From Salinispira sp. (GTDB taxonomy: Bacteria > Spirochaetota > Spirochaetia > DSM-27196 > Salinispiraceae), in the NCBI GenBank assembly GCA_965226555.1, contig CBDDDG010000010.1, positions 320,001-384,000 on the forward strand: 64,000 bases of DNA, given 5' to 3'. The position numbers were made by a program, and so were the translations under genes. Shown one piece after another: positions 52,759 to 62,455 of the stretch. Position 1 is the first letter of the stretch. Every line of letters begins with the position of its first letter. The notes beneath the pieces were generated by a model. That model was not told the DNA's origin. It searched no databases and worked only from the letters and a program-made list of their open reading frames with translations.

Positions 52759-53936
52759 TATCCTGCCTCCTTCGCGTCATTCATGCGATACACAAGCTTC
52801 AGTATTTCGGCCACTGCCTGATAATGCCGTACGGGAACCTGATCGCCCACCTCAACATCCGCATACAGGGCGCGGGCAAGCGGCTTGTTCTCCATAACCG
52901 GCACATCAAATTCAGCAGCAAGCGCCTTTATACGCTCAGCAAGATTATCCTGTCCCTTGGCAACCACCATGGGGGCTTCCATACTCTCCTGGCGATATTC
53001 TAATGCCACAGCATAGTGTGTCGGGTTGGCAACAACGACATCGGCTTGGGGCACATTCCGCATCATGTTCGATTGAAGAATTTCCCGCATTCGCTGACGC
53101 AGACGAGCCTTTACCTGCGGGTCGCCCTCATAGTTTTTCCGTTCTTCCTTCACTTCCTGCTTTGTCATTTTCAATGAATCCCGATGTTTCCGGCGCTGAA
53201 ACCAATAGTCGAGAAAGCTGAAGGCCAGCATAACAATTGCAGCCTCAAGCAGAACAAAAAACGTAATATCGGCTATGAGAAAAAACCCTTCCATAAAGGG
53301 TCGGTATACGAGAGCGACAATTTCACTTAGGCGCGCCCAAATATTGAGCAGGGAAATAGTAATAACAATAACTATTTTGAAAATACTCTTAAAAAGATTA
53401 AACAATGCCTCGCTGGAAAATAATACCCGCTGAAAATATTTGGGGAAATTCGGGCTTATCCGTTTGAAATCCGGCACAATGGGTTTTGTGGTAAAGAGAA
53501 AACCTACTTGAATCACATTACCGAGAAATCCGGCAAGAAGGGTTGCTACAGCTATGGGAAAGAGCATGCGGGTGAAGAATGAAATGAAGGCCTGCGAAAG
53601 AATCATGGTGATATTGGGTTCGGAAATAAAACCGAAATAGTATTTCACCATATCCTGCATGGTTGAAAACATTCCGCGTCCAAGAAGCGCAAGAACAATA
53701 ACACTGCTCAGGAGAACGATGGTTGAGCTCATGTCTGCGCTTTTGGCAACCTTTCCATCTTCCCGGGCCTTGCGGATCTTCTGTTCGGTCGGTTCCTCTG
53801 TCCGCCCCTCATCTTCCGCAGCAAACCACTGGAGTGTCATGGCAGAAAAGGAAATAGTCGCCGGTTTCGGCAGCCTTGTCTGAACTGTTTCCACTGTTTC
53901 CACAGGGGGCATCAGTGCATCAAATATCCTGATCAT
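52758..53936 (-). CDS. flhB: Flagellar export protein FlhB
   Basis: TEEPT..K..KARE, EGDPQVK, NPTHYAVAL. Confidence 0.95.
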   Translation of the reverse strand: MIRIFDALMPPVETVETVQTRLPKPATISFSAMTLQWFAAEDEGRTEEPTEQKIRKAREDGKVAKSADMSSTIVLLSSVIVLALLGRGMFSTMQDMVKYYFGFISEPNITMILSQAFISFFTRMLFPIAVATLLAGFLGNVIQVGFLFTTKPIVPDFKRISPNFPKYFQRVLFSSEALFNLFKSIFKIVIVITISLLNIWARLSEIVALVYRPFMEGFFLIADITFFVLLEAAIVMLAFSFLDYWFQRRKHRDSLKMTKQEVKEERKNYEGDPQVKARLRQRMREILQSNMMRNVPQADVVVANPTHYAVALEYRQESMEAPMVVAKGQDNLAERIKALAAEFDVPVMENKPLARALYADVEVGDQVPVRHYQAVAEILKLVYRMNDAKEAG

Positions 53937-54772
53937 GCCTGTTCTCCCCGTAATTCCAGAAAAATTTGCTCAAGTGTGGAAAAAATATTCTCAAAAATGG
54001 CAGAAAAGGTATTAACTAAGGCGGGCAGAACTAAGAAGAGAATAGAGAAGGTAACCAGAATTGCAAGAGGGAAGCCCAGAATAAGAAGGTTCATCTGCGG
54101 CGCTGCCTTTGCCAGAAGCCCCATTGTAATAGACACGAGAAAGAGAACGCCAAAAATGGGAAAGGACATGGAAAGCGCCTGACGAAAGAGAAGTGAGAGC
54201 CCGCCCGCAAAAACACTTACGAATGAGTCTCGCGCGCGCGCAAGATCAGCCGCGCGAACTGTCTGAAAACTCACCATAACCCCTGTGAAAAAGATTTTCT
54301 GAAATCCATCAATAAGAAGAAAAACGAGCATGGCAGCCAGATTAAAGAACTGCCCCATGAGCGGAACTTCTTCCTGAGCCAGAGGATCAAAAACCGCGCT
54401 TGCTCCGAAACCCATCTGAATGGAAAAAAATTGTCCCGCTGTCTGAAAAGCGGCGGCAACCATCTGAATAAAGAAACCCTGTATGATTCCGATAAAGACT
54501 TCTCCAACAAGAAGAAAAACATAGCGCAAACCAAAATCGACAAGAGCGGCTCCGGCGCTCGGAAGGGCCGTGGAATTCGCCGTTAAGGAAGTAATTTCCG
54601 CAGGGTCAATTACCGGAAGAACCAGCGCCGAAACAAGGAGGCAGAGTCCGACCCGTACCATACCCGGCAAACTACCGGAGGAAAAAAGAGGCGCCGTACT
54701 CAGCATGGCAAATGTACGCGCAAAAATGAGAAAAAATACTGCTGCGCCTGCGCTTACTTCTGTCCAGAACAT
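53933..54772 (-). CDS. fliR: Flagellar export protein FliR
   Basis: AGQFFSIQMGF, KAAPQMN..GFP. Confidence 0.92.
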   Translation of the reverse strand: MFWTEVSAGAAVFFLIFARTFAMLSTAPLFSSGSLPGMVRVGLCLLVSALVLPVIDPAEITSLTANSTALPSAGAALVDFGLRYVFLLVGEVFIGIIQGFFIQMVAAAFQTAGQFFSIQMGFGASAVFDPLAQEEVPLMGQFFNLAAMLVFLLIDGFQKIFFTGVMVSFQTVRAADLARARDSFVSVFAGGLSLLFRQALSMSFPIFGVLFLVSITMGLLAKAAPQMNLLILGFPLAILVTFSILFLVLPALVNTFSAIFENIFSTLEQIFLELRGEQA

Positions 54773-54775
54773 TCC

Positions 54776-55045
54776 CTAGCCTCCAATTACTGAAATTTGG
54801 GTAAAAATTGACTGAGTAAAATTAATAATGGATGCCATCATCCAGGGTCCCAGAAACATAACGGTTACAAATATGGCAACAATTTTTGGAACAAAGGTAA
54901 GTGTCTGCTCCTGAATTGATGTAGTCGCCTGAAAAATGGAAATAATGAGCCCAACAACCACCCCAACAATGAGCAGCGGACCGCTGAGAAGGAGTATCTG
55001 CAGTATACTCGTACGCATTAAATTAATTGCTGTTCCTGTATCCAT
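54776..55045 (-). CDS. fliQ: Flagellar export protein FliQ
   Basis: FQATTSIQEQTLTFVPK. Confidence 0.95.
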   Translation of the reverse strand: MDTGTAINLMRTSILQILLLSGPLLIVGVVVGLIISIFQATTSIQEQTLTFVPKIVAIFVTVMFLGPWMMASIINFTQSIFTQISVIGG

Positions 55046-55055
55046 TCTCTCCCTC

Positions 55056-55946
55056 TCAGCTGAATCCTGCGACAAGTTGCTGGGTGATAAGACCCCAACC
55101 GTCAACCAAAACAAAAAGTACCAGCTTAAACGGCAGGGAGATAATAACAGGAGGAAGCATGATCATCCCCATGGACATGAGAGTTGATGCAATAACCATA
55201 TCAATAATTATGAAAGGAATGAATAAAAGAATCCCTATTTGAAATGCAATAGACAACTCGTTGAGAACGAAGGCGGGAATGAGCACATATGTGGGAACAT
55301 CGGCAAGAGTTTCCGGCCGGGGCAGGGAACTCATGCGCATAAACAGGCGGATGTTATCGGAATTGTCCTGCATCTGCCGGTACATAAAAAGACGCATTTC
55401 CCCTTCAAAAACCCCGTAGGCCTGCTGAAAATCGATATCACCTTCAGAAAGGGGAAGAAATCCATCGGTATAAACAGTCTGAATAGTCGGCCACATGATA
55501 AAGAGCGTAAGAAAAAGAGCGATTCCCATGAGTATCTGTGTTGGCGGAACCTGCTGAAGACTGAGCGCCCGTTTTACAAAGTCGAGCACAATGGCAATGC
55601 GGAGGAAGGAGGTCATCATAATAATAATGGAGGGGGCGAGAGAGAGAACGGTAAGCAGCAAAAGCAGCTGCAGAGAAAGAGCGACCTCAGAACCCGATTC
55701 CGGCTGCCGCAGGGAAAGATCAATGAAGGGAATTTGCCCTCCCTGCAGATCGTTAATAAGATTATCCGATGCGGCCGGAAACAGGGCATCGGGAGCAGTT
55801 GTCTGCGCATTCAGTACAAAACCGGAAAGGAGAATTACGGCAGGCACCAAAAACAGAACCTTCATCCTGCCGCCGCATCCGGCAGAAGGCTTGCATCCGG
55901 CAGAAGTCCCGCATCCGGCAGAACGTATAACAGCACCGATATTCAT
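55056..55946 (-). CDS. fliP: Flagellar export protein FliP
   Basis: MTSFLRI, QQVPP, MGMIMLPP..SLPFKL.LFVLVDGW. Confidence 0.95.
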   Translation of the reverse strand: MNIGAVIRSAGCGTSAGCKPSAGCGGRMKVLFLVPAVILLSGFVLNAQTTAPDALFPAASDNLINDLQGGQIPFIDLSLRQPESGSEVALSLQLLLLLTVLSLAPSIIIMMTSFLRIAIVLDFVKRALSLQQVPPTQILMGIALFLTLFIMWPTIQTVYTDGFLPLSEGDIDFQQAYGVFEGEMRLFMYRQMQDNSDNIRLFMRMSSLPRPETLADVPTYVLIPAFVLNELSIAFQIGILLFIPFIIIDMVIASTLMSMGMIMLPPVIISLPFKLVLFVLVDGWGLITQQLVAGFS

Positions 55947-56560
55947 AACTTTTTCAACCTCTTGCGCTGCTGATGAAGAAAACTAAAGCCGTTACCCGAC
56001 AGTTGATCCGGTGTGGATTGCGCGGAATTTCCGGTACTGTTCCTGAGAAAAAAGGTGTTCATTAGCTGTGAAAAACTTCGGGGACGCAGAGCCTGACGAC
56101 TGGATTCCAGACGAAGGGCATCTATGGTCGGCTTATCGTCAATTTCGGTAATGAGAGACAGACTGCCGTCACCGGCTCCAAGGAGATATACATGCCCGGC
56201 AACATCAATAATATAAAGCTGGCGCCCGCCCGGAAGTGTCTGCGTGCTGAGAACTGAAATAAAACTGCTCTCATCTTCCAGAACTTTTTTACTTCGCCGG
56301 AGGAAGAAATAGAGGACGTAGATCATTCCAACGACGAGGGCAAGGACAAGCACCATGCGTATGAGGTCGCCAAAACCAAAGACCTGCACGGGTTGATCGC
56401 CTTCTTCCGCGGCTTGGGAATCGTCGGAGAATGTAAGGGTAATTTCAGATTCGTTGTTAGCGGATGCTGCCGATTCATTTTCCGGAACCTCCTGTGAAAA
56501 AACTGACACAGAAACCGACACAGAAATGAAAAGCAGCACAATAAAAATTGCTCGTTTCAG
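55943..56560 (-). CDS. fliO: Flagellar protein FliO/FliZ (likely CTG start)
   Basis: Position before fliP; TM plus LYIIDV..VYLLG..LITEI; GGAGGG SD 5 nt before CTG-KRAIFIVLL signal peptide. Confidence 0.8.
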   Translation of the reverse strand: MKRAIFIVLLFISVSVSVSVFSQEVPENESAASANNESEITLTFSDDSQAAEEGDQPVQVFGFGDLIRMVLVLALVVGMIYVLYFFLRRSKKVLEDESSFISVLSTQTLPGGRQLYIIDVAGHVYLLGAGDGSLSLITEIDDKPTIDALRLESSRQALRPRSFSQLMNTFFLRNSTGNSAQSTPDQLSGNGFSFLHQQRKRLKKL

Positions 56561-56622
56561 TTTTCCCCTCCCAAAGAAACTGAATGGAAGCAGTCTGTTT
56601 CATGCTTCCGATTGCTTCAGTT

Positions 56623-56676
56623 GAAACTTTTGCATTGGAAAATTGTGCTTGCGCAATTTCCAGTAGCAAAAATTTC
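56623..56676 (-). repeat. Dispersed hairpin repeat, copy 5 (extended element to ~56738)
   Basis: Reverse complement of copy 1, including the adjacent GAATGCT..AGCATTC hairpin. Confidence 0.9.
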
Positions 56677-56767
56677 TGATTCGGAATGCTTCTTAGCATT
56701 CTCTCATTTTATATAAAGCTTTACATTTTACAAAACTTCAGGGAATTATATACAATGTTGCCATGGC

Positions 56768-57055
56768 TTAAACATTTTTTCGCTGAAATTCTTCAAAGGT
56801 AATTTCCCAACCACCGCGACCGCTTTCCTGATTACATGGCTGTACTTTACCATCAGCATGCAATTTATTGAGCAACCCCGTGACAATAGCATCATTCATG
56901 GCATTTTTAAGCCCGCGACCCCTGTAAATGCCCGCACGCCTACTTATTTCAGCAGCTCCAATACAATCGCCTTTCAACCTTGCGGTTGTTAAGACGCCAA
57001 TGATAGCCTATTCCAAAAGAAACTGACCTCCCGCTGATAAACCTTTGTTGTTCAT
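56768..57055 (-). pseudogene. Small (95-codon) gene coupled to the methyltransferase, in-frame TAG at codon 16
   Basis: ATG overlaps the MTase TGA; TAG at 57008-57010; the frame continues to AAEISRRAGI..LLNKLHADGKV (wHTH-like). Confidence 0.5.
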
Positions 57056-57975
57056 ACACACTCTCCTAAAATTCGTTTTTGGATGACTGCTATCATATCC
57101 TTATCAAGTTCATATCCTTTACACTTTCTTCCTTCGGACAATGCAGAAATGGCAGTTGTACCAGTTCCCATAAACGGGTCAAGTACCGTATCAGTTTCAT
57201 TACTGAATATCCGTATTAAATGTCGGCATAAATCAACTGGTTTAACAGTCATGTGTCCGTGTTTTTCCCGCGGTTTCTTGCATGGAATAACATTTGCTGG
57301 AAAATATTCAGGTTCAATCAATGGATTATCTGTATTTATCAGCCCCGTTTTGTGCGTCATCCAATTTTTAATAAACGTACCTTCCCGCGGTTTTTGAGCA
57401 ACAATAATTAGCTCCATACGCGGTTTTAATTGTGGAGTTTTCCGCCCGCCCAATTCCGCTATCATTTCTTTTTTTCTTTGTTCTGGAATGTTCATTTTTC
57501 TTACAAAGTGATCTTGCTTAAATGCCTTTGCCTGTCCTTCATATCTCCACGCGATCATATCCCGTATTTCAAATCCAATATCCTCTAATGCTATCGCCGC
57601 TCGATGCACCAACCGCGGTTGACTGAAACACAACATAAACCCGCCCGGCTTTAAAACACGATAACATTCTTTTCCAACTTTACTCAAAAATTTTTGGAGC
57701 CGTTTACCCTGTTCAGGGTCAAATTTTTGTCCAGCCGGTATACCACCGACTACTCCTGGCTTAACCCGCTTATGGAGTTTGCTATTATTCCAATCATCGC
57801 CCATTCCGTCTATGAAATATGGAGGGTCTGTGAATATTAAAGATATTTCATTGTCATCAATCTGAGGCATTTTTTCGCATGATCTATTGTAAATTCGGTA
57901 CTTATCACCATCCTCAATTCCTTTCCTTTTCTTTGTTTTTACGATTGCCTTTCCCAATTCTTCAACATCTATCAT
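57052..57975 (-). CDS. Site-specific DNA methyltransferase (N4-C/N6-A, beta class)
   Basis: FTDPPY, YRVLKPGG, HMTVKP, VLDPFMGTGTT. Confidence 0.92.
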   Translation of the reverse strand: MIDVEELGKAIVKTKKRKGIEDGDKYRIYNRSCEKMPQIDDNEISLIFTDPPYFIDGMGDDWNNSKLHKRVKPGVVGGIPAGQKFDPEQGKRLQKFLSKVGKECYRVLKPGGFMLCFSQPRLVHRAAIALEDIGFEIRDMIAWRYEGQAKAFKQDHFVRKMNIPEQRKKEMIAELGGRKTPQLKPRMELIIVAQKPREGTFIKNWMTHKTGLINTDNPLIEPEYFPANVIPCKKPREKHGHMTVKPVDLCRHLIRIFSNETDTVLDPFMGTGTTAISALSEGRKCKGYELDKDMIAVIQKRILGECV

Positions 57976-57993
57976 GCTATTAGTTCCTTATAG

Positions 57994-58045
57994 AAAGTTT
58001 TGCTCCTGGAAATTGCGCAAGCGCAATTTTCCAATGCAAAACTTT
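57994..58045 (+). repeat. Dispersed hairpin repeat, copy 6
   Basis: AAAGTTTTGCTCCTGGAAATTGCGCAAGCGCAATTTTCCAATGCAAAACTTT. Confidence 0.9.
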
Positions 58046-58092
58046 GTTATATTTGGTAACATTGTATATAATTCCCAAACTATTGTAATAGT

Positions 58093-59196
58093 CTACGATA
58101 TTGTATTCATTCTTTCCATAGGTGATACAATTTCCGTAACACGAACCCCGAAATTCTCATCAATAACGACAACTTCGCCCTTTGCGATGAGTTTATGGTT
58201 CACAAGAATATCAACAGGCTCTCCCGCAAGCTTGTCCAATTCAATAATTGTTCCCTCACCCATTCCTAAAATATCTTTAATGAGCTTTTTTGTTCTTCCC
58301 AGTTCAACAGTCATTTCCATGCTCACATCCATGAGCAGGCCGATGTTGGTCTGTTCTCCTGTGTTTATTCCACCGCTCAAACTGGGGAACTGTACACCCT
58401 GAATGACGGCGGATGGAGCGGCGGAGCCCATTGCCGCGCCTGTTCCGGCGGCACCCGCAGGTTGTTGCTTCATGGCGCCGTTATTCATGGTTCCGTTCCC
58501 TTGCATGGGAATGGTATGCGCAGGGTTCGCGGATGCGGGGTTCATTGCCGACTGCGCATGCGCTAAAGTATTAACAACCATGGCAGCAATGGCCCCAGCG
58601 CTGAAGTATTCAATGATAGTGCCAATATCGCTCCCATCGATCCCGAGCGAATAAATTAATCGCACAAATTTCCCGTGGAAATTGAGATCATTTTTCGATC
58701 TGATCCCTCCTGAAGGAAGGTTGGTCATAAATGATTCACCGCTTTTTTCCGAGATAGCCGTGAGCAGCGGGGTAAACATACTCTGAATACCTTCCTGAAG
58801 GGCATTTATAGATGCCTCATCCAGCTCAACTCCTTCCATTCCCTGAATGGAAGAGGCAATGCTCATTGCCAGCTTGGGTTCCATGAGAAAACCATGTTCA
58901 TCGCCACTATTAAAATCCAACACGACATTCAGAATCTCATCGCCAAGATTAGCGGCGATCATCTCACCATTCACCTGATCAATCTGCGGTTGACCCAGAG
59001 TAACCGATTTACCGAGAAGCAGCGCAAGACTCGCGCTCATTTCTTCAGTTACACCTCTGACAATGGAGGAAAATTCCTGAAATTGAGAATCGCTTAGGTC
59101 AGAAGGAGGGGGAGGCACCGGTTCAGCAACCTCCACACCGCCCGCGCCCTGCAACAGGGCATCAATCTCTTCCTGTGAGAGTGAACCATCACTCAT
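58093..59196 (-). CDS. fliN: Flagellar motor switch protein FliN/FliY
   Basis: LSQEEIDALL N-terminus; SpoA domain TVELGRT..GEPVDILVN..GEVVVIDENFGVR. Confidence 0.9.
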   Translation of the reverse strand: MSDGSLSQEEIDALLQGAGGVEVAEPVPPPPSDLSDSQFQEFSSIVRGVTEEMSASLALLLGKSVTLGQPQIDQVNGEMIAANLGDEILNVVLDFNSGDEHGFLMEPKLAMSIASSIQGMEGVELDEASINALQEGIQSMFTPLLTAISEKSGESFMTNLPSGGIRSKNDLNFHGKFVRLIYSLGIDGSDIGTIIEYFSAGAIAAMVVNTLAHAQSAMNPASANPAHTIPMQGNGTMNNGAMKQQPAGAAGTGAAMGSAAPSAVIQGVQFPSLSGGINTGEQTNIGLLMDVSMEMTVELGRTKKLIKDILGMGEGTIIELDKLAGEPVDILVNHKLIAKGEVVVIDENFGVRVTEIVSPMERMNTIS

Positions 59197-59239
59197 AAAT
59201 TACTCCTCATCGGCACTATGATTTTGCAAGATATTCCCT

Positions 59240-60277
59240 TCATTCCAATTCTTCAACTTCGGGCGCGAGTTCTTCAAATTCGCTCTGCTCAATATCCTCA
59301 AGCTGCTTAACAATTTGAACAACAATTTGCTTACCCTGACGCCCCGGTTTGCAAAGAAATTTTGTTCGGTTTCCAACATTCAGATTCATTTCATCACTTA
59401 TTCTAACATTCGGCAAACGAACAACATCTCCTGAGTGTAAAGATAATACTTCACGAACGCTAAGATTGGTTCGACCAATTTCTGCCACAATATCGACATT
59501 AATGGTTGCAAGACGTTCCCGCAGAATGCGCATATTCTCCGTGGTTGTGCCTCGGCGGACAGCCGAGTACCAGTACTGGGCGGAAAGTTTGGAGATAATG
59601 GGTTCAATGGTCAGATAGGGAATGCAGAAATTCATCATACCATCAACTTCGCCCACCTTGGTTTCAAGAGTAACCAGAATAACCATTTCAGTTGGCGGAA
59701 CGATCTGCGCAAACTGCGGATTTGTTTCAATTTGACTGAGACGGGGGCGTAAATCGACAACCTGATTCCATGCCTCCCGCATATTTCCGAGAATCCTGAC
59801 AATAATACCTTCCATTACCGTTGTTTCAATATCGGTGAGGTCCCGCGCCACTTTGATTTCTTCTCCCTGCCCGCCAAACAGGCGATCAATAATAGCAAAG
59901 GTAATGGACGGGTCAATCTCCAGAATTCCCGAACCCTTCAGAGGATCCATATTGATAACTGCCATAGTGGCAGGGTTTGGAATGGATCGGACAAATTCCT
60001 CATAGGTTAACTGATCAACACTCGCAACATGAACCTGAACAAGGCTCCGCAGATTCGCGGACAGCGAAGTTGTGGTGAGCCGGGCAAAGGTTTCGTGCAT
60101 TATGGAAACAGTGCGCATCTGCTCTTTGGAGAATTTATCGGGACGCTTGAAGTCATATATTTTGATCTTGCGAGTGTCCTGCTGGGTGGTAATTTGATCT
60201 TCAGTTACTCCAACATCGCCAGAGGAGATTGCTGTTAATAATTGATCAATCTCATCCTGAGACAAAACTTCAGTCAT
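59240..60277 (-). CDS. fliM: Flagellar motor switch protein FliM
   Basis: VLSQDEIDQLL, YDFKRPDKFSKEQ, ETNPQFAQIV. Confidence 0.96.
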   Translation of the reverse strand: MTEVLSQDEIDQLLTAISSGDVGVTEDQITTQQDTRKIKIYDFKRPDKFSKEQMRTVSIMHETFARLTTTSLSANLRSLVQVHVASVDQLTYEEFVRSIPNPATMAVINMDPLKGSGILEIDPSITFAIIDRLFGGQGEEIKVARDLTDIETTVMEGIIVRILGNMREAWNQVVDLRPRLSQIETNPQFAQIVPPTEMVILVTLETKVGEVDGMMNFCIPYLTIEPIISKLSAQYWYSAVRRGTTTENMRILRERLATINVDIVAEIGRTNLSVREVLSLHSGDVVRLPNVRISDEMNLNVGNRTKFLCKPGRQGKQIVVQIVKQLEDIEQSEFEELAPEVEELE

Positions 60278-60357
60278 GGAAGTCTCCCCGCGCATAATGC
60301 AACGCGTATGGAAATAAGTATCTCATAATTTTTGATTATAGGCAACTGGCAATATAA

Positions 60358-60918
60358 TCAGAAATCGAGGATTTGATACTGAGTAAAGGCGACGGTCTCA
60401 ATTTCCGGCACAATCTTTTTGAGATCGGCCAGAAGCCGCCTGCGAATTTCTTCCCGGTTAGTAATGTTCTGCAGATACTCCGCGCTCCTGGAGGCAAACC
60501 ACACGTTTAACATGTCGGTAACGGGTATTGTCTGATCGCCAATTTTGACAGATGTTCCGGTGTTGTCTTTTTCATAGCCAAGACGAACCTCAATAACAAA
60601 GGTGCGCGAAACCTGATCGTTTGTAACACCCCTGAGCTCGGGTATTTCCTCATACCAAGAATATACCGGAGGAGGACCCTCATACGATTCAGAACGCGGT
60701 ATGCGGTTCTGGCTCCGCTGTCCCGCGCCCATAATGTTGATCGTGATAACCACCACTGTTACAATAAAAATAATGGTGCCAACAATAATCGCAATCCATT
60801 TCAATATCTGAATAACAACAGTAGGCATGAGTCCACCTTTTATCGGAACATCTACCTCCTCGGGAGCTTCTTCATTCAGTAAATCAGTACCATCACCATC
60901 TAAAAAATCATCACCCAT
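60358..60918 (-). CDS. fliL: Flagellar basal body protein FliL
   Basis: Single TM; located between motB and fliM. Confidence 0.8.
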   Translation of the reverse strand: MGDDFLDGDGTDLLNEEAPEEVDVPIKGGLMPTVVIQILKWIAIIVGTIIFIVTVVVITINIMGAGQRSQNRIPRSESYEGPPPVYSWYEEIPELRGVTNDQVSRTFVIEVRLGYEKDNTGTSVKIGDQTIPVTDMLNVWFASRSAEYLQNITNREEIRRRLLADLKKIVPEIETVAFTQYQILDF

Positions 60919-60932
60919 GCTTTTTCTCCTTT

Positions 60933-61673
60933 TTACAGATTACCTTCTGAAACAATAACAACATCAACTCTTCTATTATATGCCCTGCCCTCGGGAGTAT
61001 CATTCGCAACAATCGGACGGTACTCACCATAGCTCAGGATCTGAAATTGGCTTTCGGGCGCTCCAAACTGCGTAAGAAGGAGCATTGTGTTGAGCGCCCG
61101 TTCTGCTCCGAGATGCCAGTTTGATGCCCAAATATCGTTGGGGCCGCCGGTGGGGAAACTATCGGTATTTCCCTCAATTCTGAAATATCGATCCGAAAGA
61201 TAGGGCTCGGAAAGCAGAATGGCAAGTTTCTGCAAAACATCTCGTGTGTCTTCCAAACGAATGTCCGCGCTGCTAACATCGAAAAAGGCATCGGAGGCGA
61301 GCGAAATGACAAGCCCTCGTTCATCTTCAGTTATCCGCACCTGCTGGCTACGGATTTCAGGCTCAAAAAGGCTGACGGCTACCCGCCTTGCCTTCGCCAG
61401 TGACCTGCCGATTTGTTGCGATGGCAGCCGCTCAATGGTATGACCCAATTCGGCAAGACGTCCGGATTCAAGGGTATTTCCGCCGTCAAGGTTTCCGAGC
61501 CCCTGAAAGGCTGCAAGTATTAGTTGGAATTCATAGCCGTCGATAGTGGCGGTTGTGTACAAAAGCACAAAGAATGCGAGGAGCAGAGTTACCATATCGC
61601 CATAAGTAACCATGAACTCCGGAGCGCTTTTTGGACAGGTTGGACATTTTTTATTCATTTTTCTGTTATTCAT
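60933..61673 (-). CDS. motB: Flagellar motor protein MotB
   Basis: TYGDMVTLLLAFFVLL; OmpA-like domain EGNTD..NRRVDV. Confidence 0.95.
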   Translation of the reverse strand: MNNRKMNKKCPTCPKSAPEFMVTYGDMVTLLLAFFVLLYTTATIDGYEFQLILAAFQGLGNLDGGNTLESGRLAELGHTIERLPSQQIGRSLAKARRVAVSLFEPEIRSQQVRITEDERGLVISLASDAFFDVSSADIRLEDTRDVLQKLAILLSEPYLSDRYFRIEGNTDSFPTGGPNDIWASNWHLGAERALNTMLLLTQFGAPESQFQILSYGEYRPIVANDTPEGRAYNRRVDVVIVSEGNL

Positions 61674-62449
61674 TGATAGGCCTCCGCCCGGGCAGGTTCG
61701 CGTTCGGAAGGCGACAGGAAGCTCAAAAGTTTTTCCATGAGAATGCGGGGATTATCGCCAGCCTGAATGGACAAAACACCTTCAATGATTATTTCCTTCG
61801 ACCGGGTTTCATACTTATCGCGATCGGTAAGCTTTTGTTTGATGGGATTCATAAAGATATTTGCGATGATTGTACCATACATTGTTGTTATGAGGGCAGT
61901 TGCCATTCCCTGGGCAATGCCTGCGGTGTTATCAAGATTCGCCAACATGGCAATGAGCCCGATAAGCGTACCGATCATACCATATGCGGGCGCAATTGAT
62001 CCCCAGAAAGAGAACAGTTCAATGCCATCTCGGTGTCGTTCCTGAATTTGATTAAGCTCGGTATAGAGAATGTTTTTGATGATATCCGGATCAGTTCCAT
62101 CAACAACAAGCTGAATACCCTTCCGGAGAAAATCATTATCCATATCATCCAGAGTATCTTCCAGAGAGAGCAGCCCCTCCCTCCGCGCATGCTCGGCATA
62201 GGAAACGAGATCGGTGATAAGCCTGTTCTCGCCAAAGTCGGGCGTAATCAGAAAAATACCGAGATATCTTCCAAGTTTCAGCATTCTGTTCAGGGGAACG
62301 GAAACAAGAACGCTCCCGATAGACCCTCCAACCACAATGAGAAAGGAGGGCACATGCACATAATAGGAAAATCCTACCCCGCCAACAACGATCCCGAAGA
62401 TAACCATAGCCAATCCGAGAATAGCGCCAATTATACTCGCAAAATCCAT
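61670..62449 (-). CDS. motA: Flagellar motor protein MotA
   Basis: ARREGLLSLE, APAYGMIGTLIGLI, ALITTMYG. Confidence 0.95.
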   Translation of the reverse strand: MDFASIIGAILGLAMVIFGIVVGGVGFSYYVHVPSFLIVVGGSIGSVLVSVPLNRMLKLGRYLGIFLITPDFGENRLITDLVSYAEHARREGLLSLEDTLDDMDNDFLRKGIQLVVDGTDPDIIKNILYTELNQIQERHRDGIELFSFWGSIAPAYGMIGTLIGLIAMLANLDNTAGIAQGMATALITTMYGTIIANIFMNPIKQKLTDRDKYETRSKEIIIEGVLSIQAGDNPRILMEKLLSFLSPSEREPARAEAYQ

Positions 62450-62455
62450 AGGGCT

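Noticed and set aside
57008..57010. TAG recoding (pyrrolysine or alternative genetic code)
   Set aside because: Single case; TAG is a normal stop elsewhere (13084-13086, fliQ at 54776).
14709..58045. Classical integron attC array
   Set aside because: No integrase in the window; the AAC/GTT core is present only in copy 1; copies are dispersed and in both orientations.
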